Position numbers and translations under genes: made by a program. Below are positions 1 to 8,736 of a stretch of 64,000 nucleotides of DNA, in pieces; the first letter of the stretch is position 1, and every line of letters starts with the position of its first letter. Source of the DNA: Nitrosopumilus sp. (GTDB taxonomy: Archaea; Thermoproteota; Nitrososphaeria; Nitrososphaerales; Nitrosopumilaceae). The DNA lies in the NCBI GenBank assembly GCA_965203315.1, contig OZ241857.1, positions 128,001-192,000 of the forward strand. Reading direction: 5' to 3'. The notes beneath the pieces were generated by a model. It did not search any database, was not told where the DNA came from, and worked only from the letters and a program-made list of their open reading frames with translations.

Positions 1-1
1 A

Positions 2-955
2 ACTATATGGCTCGAGAAGCCCAAGTCGTTTGAGATTCGAGTTGATGGCACACTCCCAAGTTCTGCTGTCACCTCAAAAGATATCATACTGCGCATAATC
101 AGGGAGATTGGAACTAGCGGTGGCACAGGAACAGTCATCGAGTATCGTGGATCTGGAATAACTGATCTATCGATGGAACAGCGTATGACCATTTGTAATA
201 TGTCTATCGAGGCAGGTGCACGTGCAGGGCTGATTGCTCCTGACGACAAGACATTTACATATCTGCGTAACAGACAATACACTCCTCAAGATTACGACTC
301 TCTGGTCTCTGAGTGGCGTGACACCTTGTATACAGACTCTGACGCAAAGTTTGACAGACAGTTTATTCTGGATATACATGATCTCAAACCTCAAGTCAGT
401 TGGGGGACAAACCCCGAGATGACATGTGATGTGACAGATACCGTTCCTAGTCCTCTAGATTTCGCTGATGGCGATCCCAACAAACAGTCCAGTGCAGAAC
501 GGGCTCTTGAGTATATGGATCTCAAAGCAGGTACACCGATAACTGATATCAAACTAGATCGTGTCTTTATCGGTTCATGTACAAACGCTCGAATAGAGGA
601 TCTGATATCTGCTGCACGTATAGTACGCGGTAATACTGTTGCAAGTGGTTTACGTGCAATGGTGGTTCCAGGTTCACAGATGGTAAAGAGATCTGCAGAA
701 GAGATGAGATTGGACGAGATATTTCGAGATGCTGGATTTGAGTGGCGAGAGTCAGGCTGTAGTATGTGTCTTGGAATGAACCCCGATGTATTATATCCTG
801 GACAGAGGTGCGCTAGTACATCTAACCGAAACTTTGAAGGTAGGCAGGGAGTTGGTGGACGAACACATCTGGTCAGTCCAGTTATGGCTGCAGCAGCTGC
901 ACTCGAAGGGCACTTTGTAGATGTTACAGAGATGGATATAGATGGAACCATTTAG
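2..955 (+). CDS. leuC: 3-isopropylmalate dehydratase large subunit (5' end lies before the window)
   Basis: Frame +2 is open from base 2. Aconitase-family Fe-S motifs [24 protein letters not shown] and [12 protein letters not shown]. Overlaps leuD. Confidence 0.97.
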   Translation, partial: TIWLEKPKSFEIRVDGTLPSSAVTSKDIILRIIREIGTSGGTGTVIEYRGSGITDLSMEQRMTICNMSIEAGARAGLIAPDDKTFTYLRNRQYTPQDYDSLVSEWRDTLYTDSDAKFDRQFILDIHDLKPQVSWGTNPEMTCDVTDTVPSPLDFADGDPNKQSSAERALEYMDLKAGTPITDIKLDRVFIGSCTNARIEDLISAARIVRGNTVASGLRAMVVPGSQMVKRSAEEMRLDEIFRDAGFEWRESGCSMCLGMNPDVLYPGQRCASTSNRNFEGRQGVGGRTHLVSPVMAAAAALEGHFVDVTEMDIDGTI

Positions 956-1526
956 AACCATATCCAGTATAGTGACGCCACTGCCCAAGTCCAACGTTGA
1001 TACAGATCAGCTGGTACCGAAACAGTTTCTTAAACTCGTTCAAAGAACTGGGTTTGGTAGATATCTCTTTTACAATTGGAGGTACAACTCTGACGGTAAT
1101 CTGATTAATGACTTTGTTCTAAATGATTCTAGGTATGCAGACTCGCAGATTTTGGTTACTGGCGACAACTTTGGTTGTGGCTCTTCACGTGAACATGCTG
1201 TGTGGGCACTAGCAGATTATGGGTTCAAGGTTGTAATCGCTCCATCGTTTGCTGATATCTTTTACAACAACTGCTTCAAGAATGGTGTACTGCCTATATC
1301 GATCTCTCAGAGTGTGGTGGATAGCCTATACAGTACAAACGATACAGTAACAATAGACCTACAAAACCTAGAGATCACAACATCTTGTACCAAGTATACA
1401 TTTGAGATAGACTCGTACAAACAACAGATGCTCTTGGAGGGACTAGACCATATAGGGCAGACGATGATACATGAAGCCAAGATAACAGCTTTTGAGAGAG
1501 ACGCTAGGATCCCATCTCTCTTATGA
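942..1526 (+). CDS. leuD: 3-isopropylmalate dehydratase small subunit
   Basis: [28 protein letters not shown] and [14 protein letters not shown] motifs. Confidence 0.97.
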   Translation: MEPFRTISSIVTPLPKSNVDTDQLVPKQFLKLVQRTGFGRYLFYNWRYNSDGNLINDFVLNDSRYADSQILVTGDNFGCGSSREHAVWALADYGFKVVIAPSFADIFYNNCFKNGVLPISISQSVVDSLYSTNDTVTIDLQNLEITTSCTKYTFEIDSYKQQMLLEGLDHIGQTMIHEAKITAFERDARIPSLL

Positions 1527-2211
1527 TCTGATCGACCGTACTGCTATTTCGAGATACTGTGTTGGGCGATTCGGCATCGATCCATGGAGCATCTCCTATA
1601 TCGAATGCAGAGATATTCTGTTGCTTTACCATCGGTTCTAGTATATCGTATGACAAGTTTAACTCGAGCTTTTGACTACGTCTTATCTCGTCTATGATTA
1701 TATTGCTTAGAATATAGACTCCTAGACACTCGTGCATCTCTAGACGTATAGTTGGTTTCTCTTTGAACTGTTTAATGATCCCGTCTTGTACGGTTGCAAA
1801 GCCCGTCTCTTCTGGTCGTTTGGTTCTAGTTGCAATACATGCCACACTAGCTGTATCTGTATAGTGTTTGTACATTCCATCTAGATCTATGGCGCAGAGA
1901 TTATCCACAAACCATAAAAGAAACTCTGTGTCGTCACCGATCTGTATGTTTCGTAGATCTCCTGCAGTACCATGTTGCATATCTTGGACAAATGTTACCT
2001 CTTGATGTTTGAGATAATTTTTGATCTGTCCACCTAGTCCATTATAGTCTGCCAATACCATTATCTCTTGTATGATATCAAATGTTCTCATATACTGTAC
2101 GATATAGTGGATCAATGGCTTGCCATGTATTGGAATCATGGCCTTTGGAAAGTAATCTGTGTATGGCCTACCTCGTGTTCCTTTACCGCCTGCTAAAATT
2201 ATCGCCTTCAC
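1504..2211 (-). CDS. Sugar-phosphate nucleotidyltransferase family protein
   Basis: N-terminal MKAIILAGGKGTR...PKAMIPIHGKP signature. Confidence 0.88.
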   Translation of the reverse strand: MKAIILAGGKGTRGRPYTDYFPKAMIPIHGKPLIHYIVQYMRTFDIIQEIMVLADYNGLGGQIKNYLKHQEVTFVQDMQHGTAGDLRNIQIGDDTEFLLWFVDNLCAIDLDGMYKHYTDTASVACIATRTKRPEETGFATVQDGIIKQFKEKPTIRLEMHECLGVYILSNIIIDEIRRSQKLELNLSYDILEPMVKQQNISAFDIGDAPWIDAESPNTVSRNSSTVDQIIREMGS

Positions 2212-2214
2212 GTT

Positions 2215-2664
2215 CTAACGGTAGGATTTCTGTCTTCTACGTCTTGCTCCGGGTCCACCAAACTTTTTCGGCTCCTTTCGTCTCGCATCTCCACTGATCA
2301 GATACTTGTCAAAGACCGTGATCCTTTTTCTTAAATCTTCGCGGATCGACTTTGAGAATGGATGATCTCGTGGATCTTTCTTGCTCTTGGTCCAACCTAC
2401 TAGAGCTCTTGATATACCTGTCGCTGCCGCGCCTGCTTGACTCATAAAACCGCCACCACGTACTCGAACCGATATGTCTATCTTGTTTCGGAGATTGCCA
2501 CTTATCTCGAGAGGTGCCAAGATCGCCTCACGCGCCGTCTCTTGCGAGATCATCTCTACTGGAACGTTGTTTATTCTAACTCTTCCTTGACCTTTGGTGA
2601 TGTATACGTGTGCACTAGATGTCTTGCGTGTTGCAAAGTAAATCTCTGTCTTTGGAGTCGTCAT
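2215..2664 (-). CDS. rps9: 30S ribosomal protein S9
   Basis: GGGFMSQAGAA and C-terminal RRKEPKKFGGPGARRRRQKSYR. Confidence 0.98.
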   Translation of the reverse strand: MTTPKTEIYFATRKTSSAHVYITKGQGRVRINNVPVEMISQETAREAILAPLEISGNLRNKIDISVRVRGGGFMSQAGAAATGISRALVGWTKSKKDPRDHPFSKSIREDLRKRITVFDKYLISGDARRKEPKKFGGPGARRRRQKSYR

Positions 2665-3122
2665 CTAGTCCACCCCACTATTGTTCCCAACTCTTCGAGT
2701 GTTGTATACGAAGACGGTGATCGTCTTATCTTTGCGTTTGGAAACTGAATGTGTTCTAACGATCGTAGATCTCTTGGTGAGCCGATATACGTGCGTAATC
2801 GTTTGTATGACTCTACTCCTGATGGTTTCTTGCCATGTGGCAACATGCCACGAATCATCCTTGCAAGTATTGTATCTGGTCTTCGTGGATGAAATGGTCC
2901 ATGCTTTGGATGTAGAATACTAGCAATCTTTAGAAAATCTCGATACTCTTTGATTATATTGCTGCGGTTACCGCTCTGCATAACCTTTTCACAGTTGACT
3001 ATGGATACTCGATGACCTTTGATCAACAACTTGGCCACGTTTGATGCTAGTCTGCCTGCTATGTGGTTGGTGGCATCGACTACTATGGGCCTATCTGTTC
3101 TAACTGGAATCTGACTAGCCAA
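2661..3122 (-). CDS. rpl13: 50S ribosomal protein L13
   Basis: VVDATNHIAGRLASNVAKLL and RMIRGMLP; operon position between L18e and S9. Confidence 0.97.
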   Translation of the reverse strand: MASQIPVRTDRPIVVDATNHIAGRLASNVAKLLIKGHRVSIVNCEKVMQSGNRSNIIKEYRDFLKIASILHPKHGPFHPRRPDTILARMIRGMLPHGKKPSGVESYKRLRTYIGSPRDLRSLEHIQFPNAKIRRSPSSYTTLEELGTIVGWTR

Positions 3123-3462
3123 GCAGTATCACGTCCTTTCCAGTAGGTCTCTCTTTGATCAGATCTGGATAATTTAACAACTCACCACCACTGGCAGTTA
3201 TCTTGTCTGCAGCAGCTCTTGATATGGCAAATGAGAACAGTCGTATCTTGTGTGGCATATTGCCTGTACCTAGTACCTTGCCTGGAAACACAACTGTGTC
3301 GTTCTCTTTGGTCAATTGACCGATTCGACCTATGTTGATGTCTCGTCTGGCGATGGTTGGTTTTAACGCATACTCGGCAAGCTTGGCCCATATTGGAGCA
3401 GTATTTTTTGTGGCAGCTCGTTTGAGATCCCTTGCCATTCTAATCGTAACTTGACTGGTCAT
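3115..3462 (-). CDS. rpl18e: 50S ribosomal protein L18e
   Basis: APIWAKLA, VVFPGKVLGTG and FAISRAAADKI. Start trimmed to the ATG at 3462. Confidence 0.95.
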   Translation of the reverse strand: MTSQVTIRMARDLKRAATKNTAPIWAKLAEYALKPTIARRDINIGRIGQLTKENDTVVFPGKVLGTGNMPHKIRLFSFAISRAAADKITASGGELLNYPDLIKERPTGKDVILLG

Positions 3463-3500
3463 ACGCATAATCACTTTAATCCTAAATATAACATGTATGA

Positions 3501-4136
3501 TCAACTCATCTCGTGTATCGTCTCTCCAAGCTTTACCAAACGATTACTGACTTCGCTTACACCTGCTAGCACTACTTGCTCTGGGCTTAGTGAACCCGCC
3601 GTCTCGATGGTTAAAAGATACTCGTCGTCTGCCTTGCCAGGTACAAGTGTTGCAATGTTTGACGCATTCCACTTTGCATGTTTTGTACCGCGCCCCAGCC
3701 TTGCATAACATTCAACCTTTACTCGTTGTCCTGGAGCCAACTGGACTATTGGAATCTCTGTAGATGTGGGTCTCACCGTCTCATCCTCAGAGTATAGCTC
3801 AGAGGATAATATCGTTCTAGTTGTTTCTGACTCTCCAGAGTCTAGTACCATCATCACTCTACAATTTGAACAGCCATTCTCGTTACCACAGTCACATAGA
3901 TCTGGCTCGTTGAATCGTACAGAGTCTGTCTTTAATGGGATCAGTGCCAATCTATGTGCTAATCCTTCATCTGGAAGAACAGACGAGTTTTCAATGATAT
4001 CTAGAGTATCTATAGCAAATACGGGAACACCGTTGAGACAGATACGTCGCAGTGCGTTGGCGTACTGTAACGAGATACCTCTCATCTTGAGAGATATCTT
4101 TTGTTCATCACGACTAACTATCTCTAATGAAGACAA
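3501..4136 (-). CDS. rpoD: Archaeal RNA polymerase subunit D (Rpo3)
   Basis: YANALRR, ENSSVLPDEGLAHRLALIPL, a Cys cluster, and GRGTKHAKW. Confidence 0.97.
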   Translation of the reverse strand: MSSLEIVSRDEQKISLKMRGISLQYANALRRICLNGVPVFAIDTLDIIENSSVLPDEGLAHRLALIPLKTDSVRFNEPDLCDCGNENGCSNCRVMMVLDSGESETTRTILSSELYSEDETVRPTSTEIPIVQLAPGQRVKVECYARLGRGTKHAKWNASNIATLVPGKADDEYLLTIETAGSLSPEQVVLAGVSEVSNRLVKLGETIHEMS

Positions 4137-4261
4137 ATCTTAAAGACTGCTCTTAAAGATATACATAAAAATCTAACTTGTAAGGGCATATGAGTGGTTT
4201 TTTGCAGATGATCCGACTCTTCTCTGCCTAGACTGTAACGGTCAACAAACCTATCTAGTTA

Positions 4262-4843
4262 CAGTTCAAGATCGGTGTATTCTTGTTTGATCGTGAATTT
4301 TATGCTGCAGAGATATTTGCTAAATTTCAAAACACTGCATACAAGTTTCTTACCCCATGTAAAAACACCGCATATGTTAAAAACTGCATTCGAGAGTATC
4401 AGCAAGGACTACGTGGTAGAATATCACAAGCGAAAATCACCAACGGAAAAGGATTGACCGTACCATTTACCATGATAATAACCAAGAACAGAAAAGGAAA
4501 GATGATGGCATATGCAACAAATGATCCCAGTATCGACGTATCGATATATGCAAGTCGATGGATCATAGAATCTGGATATCGTGATCTAGAACAGATGAGA
4601 TTAAAGATGCAGAGTAAAAACGAATCTGTAAGATTTATGTTGTTTTTGTTTAGTATGTTATTTTACAACGCATGGATCCTAGCACGACACATGCCATCTG
4701 AAACAAAAGGATTCTCAGAGATGGGCAAGAAAGTCACCAAAGTATACTTTAAGACATTTTTACAACTGCGTTTTCGAGAGCTAATGGCTTGTTGGCCACC
4801 ACCCACGAAATGAGTCTACGAGGCAGCACATTTGGGATGGCTG
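4262..4843 (+). pseudogene. ISH3-like (IS4 superfamily) transposase, C-terminal fragment with right terminal repeat
   Basis: FDREFY...YASRWIIESGYR; homologous to 28047-29275. End ACATTTGGGATGGCTG (to 4843) resembles the TIR of the 28027-29291 element. Left boundary is approximate. Confidence 0.8.
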
Positions 4844-5462
4844 GTACTAGCTTCTCTACTACTTTGGTTATGATCGCGAGTAGAGTATCTGCACTGGCAT
4901 CAGGTATGATCTTAACATGTACGTTTCCGCCTCTCTCCAACATGCCTAAAACGATGATCTTGTTTTCAGCACCACGACCGCGATTTCCTTTCCTTTTACC
5001 TCCAAAATACGCCTCATCTACCTCAATTTCGCCCTGAAACATACGAAATTCGTTGTCTGAGTGCTCTAGTATGAGGCGTCTAAATATATCGAATGCATGC
5101 AGTACCGTATTGTAATTTAGATCTGTCTGTTCTGCCGCAACTTTTGCAGAAACAGATATCTCAAACAACTTGATTAGAATAAGCCACTTTGAGTAGGGTA
5201 TACGAAGTAACGAAAAATAAGAGTCTCCAAACGGTCTAAAGTCTCTCTTACACGATTTACAGTGTAACATACCTTTATTTCTCATCGGATAGAATTGATC
5301 GCTTGTACAGAACCTACATCTGATCTCTTTGTCTAATACTGATTCCAGATATCGTATCGTGGAGATCTCATCAGATGTTATTTTTGACAATGACCACAGA
5401 TTCATCAACTATGCGGTAAAAATACCCCCCTATTATTTAGGGGAAGTACACAGCTAATCGCC
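4844..5462 (-). mobile_element. IS1595-family element, 3'-truncated by the ISH3-like insertion
   Basis: Zn-ribbon (CRFC..CKSC), HTH, then EVDEAYFGGKRKGNRGRGAENK. Left end GGCGATTA at 5462 on the minus strand; GGCGATTA also starts the remnant at 46185. Confidence 0.85.
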
Positions 5463-5516
5463 AATTCTAAACTAACAATTTACCAAAATGTTCATTTGTC
5501 ATCTCTGCTATCGACT

Positions 5517-6514
5517 TGTCTTAGACGGAAATCATTTCATATATAAGTCAAGATCTGCCCATTTTGGGTCTTTTCTAATCTCAGCACTAGCTTGTTTTGC
5601 TCTAAAAGCAATAAGCGGTGTTTCTCCGTTATCGATATCTAGAGCAAAGTGTGGTCTTTTTTCATTGTAATGACTAATGTATTCACCAATTCTGGCATGA
5701 TGTTTAACCTCATTTTCAAATGTTCCAAAGAATCTCTCTATCTTACCATTAGTTTGTGGACGACCCACTCCTGCAAGTATGTGAGTAATTTTACGCTTTT
5801 GTAAAGCTCTTTCAAAGTGCGTAGGTTTCTTTTTACCTTTCTTTGGTTCTTTGTTAGATGTAAACTGAGGGCCATGATCAGATAGTATCTGTGCAGGTCT
5901 TCCAAACGTCTTAATTGCTTTGTCTAATACAAGTAGTGCATTCTCTGTTGTGGGATGTTGAAAGACTCCAAAGCCTGTAATACATCTGGATGCATCATCT
6001 AGGTAGCAAATTAGGTATAGATTTTGCCATCTGGAGTCTTTTATGACATGCCAGTCCACATGCCACATTGCGTTAGAGTACTTTCGTTCAAAGCGAATCC
6101 ATTTGTGACGCGTTCGGTTTGTAGATGCTGGAGATGCTAAACCTTTTGCTTTCATGATCTTCTTTACAGTGTTGTAGCTTATTTGTATGCGGGCAGAGCG
6201 CAGATGTTTTGCAATAAAAATAGCACCTCGAGGATCATCATTGTATGCTGCAGTTACAATTTGAATCTGTTTTGGTGTTGGTTCTATCTTTGGTCTTCCT
6301 GCATTGAGCTGTTTTGGAACTGAACCTGTCTGAATATAATATTCATAAATTTGATACACACGTCTGGGAGTTACCTTCATTCTCTCTGCTATGATGGATG
6401 AGCTTGTGCCTTTACGCATTTCTCTAATTATATACGCTATTTGTTTTTCATTCAGCATCCTTTACCAATGGTTTTATTTCGAGTTTATATATGAAATGAT
6501 TTCCGTCTAAGACA
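5517..6514 (-). mobile_element. Intact IS481-family insertion sequence (998 bp)
   Basis: Perfect 30-bp TIR TGTCTTAGACGGAAATCATTTCATATATAA. 15-bp direct repeat TCTCTGCTATCGACT at 5502-5516 and 6515-6529. Confidence 0.95.
5532..6458 (-). CDS. IS481-family transposase (rve integrase core)
   Basis: WHVDW, YLDDASR, ILSDHGPQF, PQTNGKIERFF and YNEKRPH. Confidence 0.93.
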   Translation of the reverse strand: MLNEKQIAYIIREMRKGTSSSIIAERMKVTPRRVYQIYEYYIQTGSVPKQLNAGRPKIEPTPKQIQIVTAAYNDDPRGAIFIAKHLRSARIQISYNTVKKIMKAKGLASPASTNRTRHKWIRFERKYSNAMWHVDWHVIKDSRWQNLYLICYLDDASRCITGFGVFQHPTTENALLVLDKAIKTFGRPAQILSDHGPQFTSNKEPKKGKKKPTHFERALQKRKITHILAGVGRPQTNGKIERFFGTFENEVKHHARIGEYISHYNEKRPHFALDIDNGETPLIAFRAKQASAEIRKDPKWADLDLYMK

Positions 6515-6568
6515 TCTCTGCTATCGACTAGATAGATTTAAACAAGTTGAGACCTACTAGATACAATC

Positions 6569-7336
6569 ATGAGCATGACTATTTTATCTCTTGTAGTAGA
6601 ACGCAGAGATGCACCCTTTGATATCTATGATGCGTTATGTGATGCATTGTATTCAAATGGACTAGAACTATGTGACGGAGATATTGTCGTTATATCTACT
6701 AAATATACGTCATATGCACAAGGTCGTATAATTTGTACCGATACGATCAGGCCATCTGATGCCGCAACAAGCATTGCAACAAGGTATCATTTATCTCCCA
6801 AGTTATCTGAGGCGATATTGCGTGAATCTGAAAGTGTACTTGGCGGTGTAGTGGGTTTTGTATTGGCATTTGGTAACTATATGGTCGCTCCAAATGCAGG
6901 TATAGATCGTTCTAATACTACAAAGAATAGACTGATCTTGTATCCTACAGATCCATATGGCATAGCTGAACAGATACGTCGTAAGATCTTTCTAGATCGA
7001 TGTATACATGTAGGAATAATCCTAGTTGATAGTAGGCTTGGACCTGCTAGAGTTGGCACAACCGGGGTTGCAGTCAGTTGTGCTGGAATAGAACCAGTCG
7101 TAGATGTGCGTGGGCATTTAGATCTCGATGGAAATCCATTAAAGGTAACATTTCAAGCCACATCTGATAGCTTGGCCACAATTGCAAATCATCAGATGGG
7201 TGAAGGCGCAGAGTCTAAACCAATTGTCATAATACGTGGTGCCAATGTTCGACTGACTGATAGAATAATAACCCCTATCGAGACTGCCGTGCCTCCAGAT
7301 TGGTGTGTCTATATACGCGGTCTGTCTCATATCTAG
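6569..7336 (+). CDS. Coenzyme F420-0:L-glutamate ligase family protein (CofE-like paralog)
   Basis: DGDIVVISTK, APNAGIDRSN, ILVDSR...RVGTTGVA and MGEGAESKPIVIIRG. Confidence 0.85.
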   Translation: MSMTILSLVVERRDAPFDIYDALCDALYSNGLELCDGDIVVISTKYTSYAQGRIICTDTIRPSDAATSIATRYHLSPKLSEAILRESESVLGGVVGFVLAFGNYMVAPNAGIDRSNTTKNRLILYPTDPYGIAEQIRRKIFLDRCIHVGIILVDSRLGPARVGTTGVAVSCAGIEPVVDVRGHLDLDGNPLKVTFQATSDSLATIANHQMGEGAESKPIVIIRGANVRLTDRIITPIETAVPPDWCVYIRGLSHI

Positions 7337-7665
7337 TGTTATGGATACAACCATGTGATTATTCTGTTCTTGCTGCGTGGACTCTGATGATTATTTTGAG
7401 AAATTACTCCGTTTAGATTTTTGCAATATTTGGTCGTCCACGAAATAATTTGATAGTTTTGTGCCTAATAATAGGATAAGTCTATTATGTGATGAGTCTT
7501 TATCAATCTAAACGTGATACAAAGTACAATCTTGTTGACTCGTCAGATATAGGTAACCTGATAATCAATAGTTCTACTGTCGTATCGGAACACATAACTA
7601 TGATCTCGAATCGTATTTCAGACTCGTTTTATATAAAAATAAGATGTATTAAATTATCTTATCTT

Positions 7666-8562
7666 ATGAAGTATGTTGTAACAGGCGGTCTAGGGTTCAT
7701 CGGTGGACATTTAGCTGGATATCTACTTGAACACAATCATGATGTTATAGTTGTAGACAACGCTGTCAATAACGTGTCGGGCAATATCTTTAATGCTATT
7801 GATGACCAGATCAAGATACATCGTATCGATATTAGAGATCTAGAAAGTTTAAAACGAGTGCTTAAAGACGTTGATGGGATATTTCATCAAGCCGGCCTTA
7901 CATCGGTACAAGAGTCATTTCAAAATGAATCTGAATATTATTCTACCAACGTACAAGGCACCGAGAATATATTCCGAATGTCGCGAGAGTTGGATATCAA
8001 GACCGTCTTTGCAAGTAGCGCTGCTGTATATGGAGCACAGGGAGAGATGCCTATCTCTGAAGATGCCGAGACTCACCCCCTGAGTCCGTATGGTAAACAA
8101 AAGTTAGAATGTGAAAGATGGTTATCTGATCCGAATAATCGTCTTGTGGGGTTGCGTTATTTTAACGTCTATGGAAAGAACCAATCATCAAACCATCCAA
8201 GTGTGATTAGAATATTCTCTGACAATATACACAAAAAAGAGGAGCTGATCATTAATGGAGATGGTTCTCAGATTCGAGACTTTGTGCATGTACTAGATGT
8301 TGTTCGTGCCAACTATGCTGCAATGACTAGCACTATTGATCGTGGATTATTTAATATTGGCTCTGGAGTTCCAATCTCGATTACACAGTTAGCACATCTA
8401 ATGATCAAAATATCTGGAAGAGATCTAGATGTAAGACATGTCGCAATAGTGGGTGGTGATATTAAAGCTAGCCATGCAGACATTTCACGAGCAAAAGATA
8501 TTTTGTCATGGTATCCTACAGTTACATTAGAGGATGGACTTGCTTCCATTCTAATCTCTTGA
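7666..8562 (+). CDS. NAD-dependent epimerase/dehydratase (UDP-glucose 4-epimerase-like extended SDR)
   Basis: TGGLGFIGG Rossmann motif, FASSAAVYG, YGKQK (YxxxK), LRYFNVYG and RDFVHV. Start trimmed to the ATG at 7666. Confidence 0.9.
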   Translation: MKYVVTGGLGFIGGHLAGYLLEHNHDVIVVDNAVNNVSGNIFNAIDDQIKIHRIDIRDLESLKRVLKDVDGIFHQAGLTSVQESFQNESEYYSTNVQGTENIFRMSRELDIKTVFASSAAVYGAQGEMPISEDAETHPLSPYGKQKLECERWLSDPNNRLVGLRYFNVYGKNQSSNHPSVIRIFSDNIHKKEELIINGDGSQIRDFVHVLDVVRANYAAMTSTIDRGLFNIGSGVPISITQLAHLMIKISGRDLDVRHVAIVGGDIKASHADISRAKDILSWYPTVTLEDGLASILIS

Positions 8563-8703
8563 TAGCAAGTTATTGGGTATTGCACACAATTTGGCGGATA
8601 TGAATAATGTGACACTCATGTAATATAGTCCTCTGACTTGTACTCGATAACTGTTTTTGTGCTTGTTTCCTGAACTGGTGCCTTACTAGATACTACAAGA
8701 TAC

Positions 8704-8736
8704 TTTTATAAGATACGGGGGGGGGGGGGATAATTA
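8704..8736 (+). promoter_or_regulatory. Putative archaeal TATA box (TTTTATAA) followed by a G13 homopolymer just upstream of a TTG start
   Basis: TTTTATAA at 8704-8711, G13 at 8717-8729, TTG at 8737. Spacing fits a leaderless or short-leader transcript. Confidence 0.6.

Noticed and set aside
391-951. Antisense and alternate-frame ORFs, for example 391-951, 3766-4143, 14169-14612, 37666-38109 and 57702-58253
   Set aside because: They are shadows of well-supported genes and carry no recognisable motifs.
6569-7336. A second cofE-family gene as a novelty
   Set aside because: Paralogous CofE-family genes are not unusual in F420-producing archaea, and nothing in the sequence indicates a new role.
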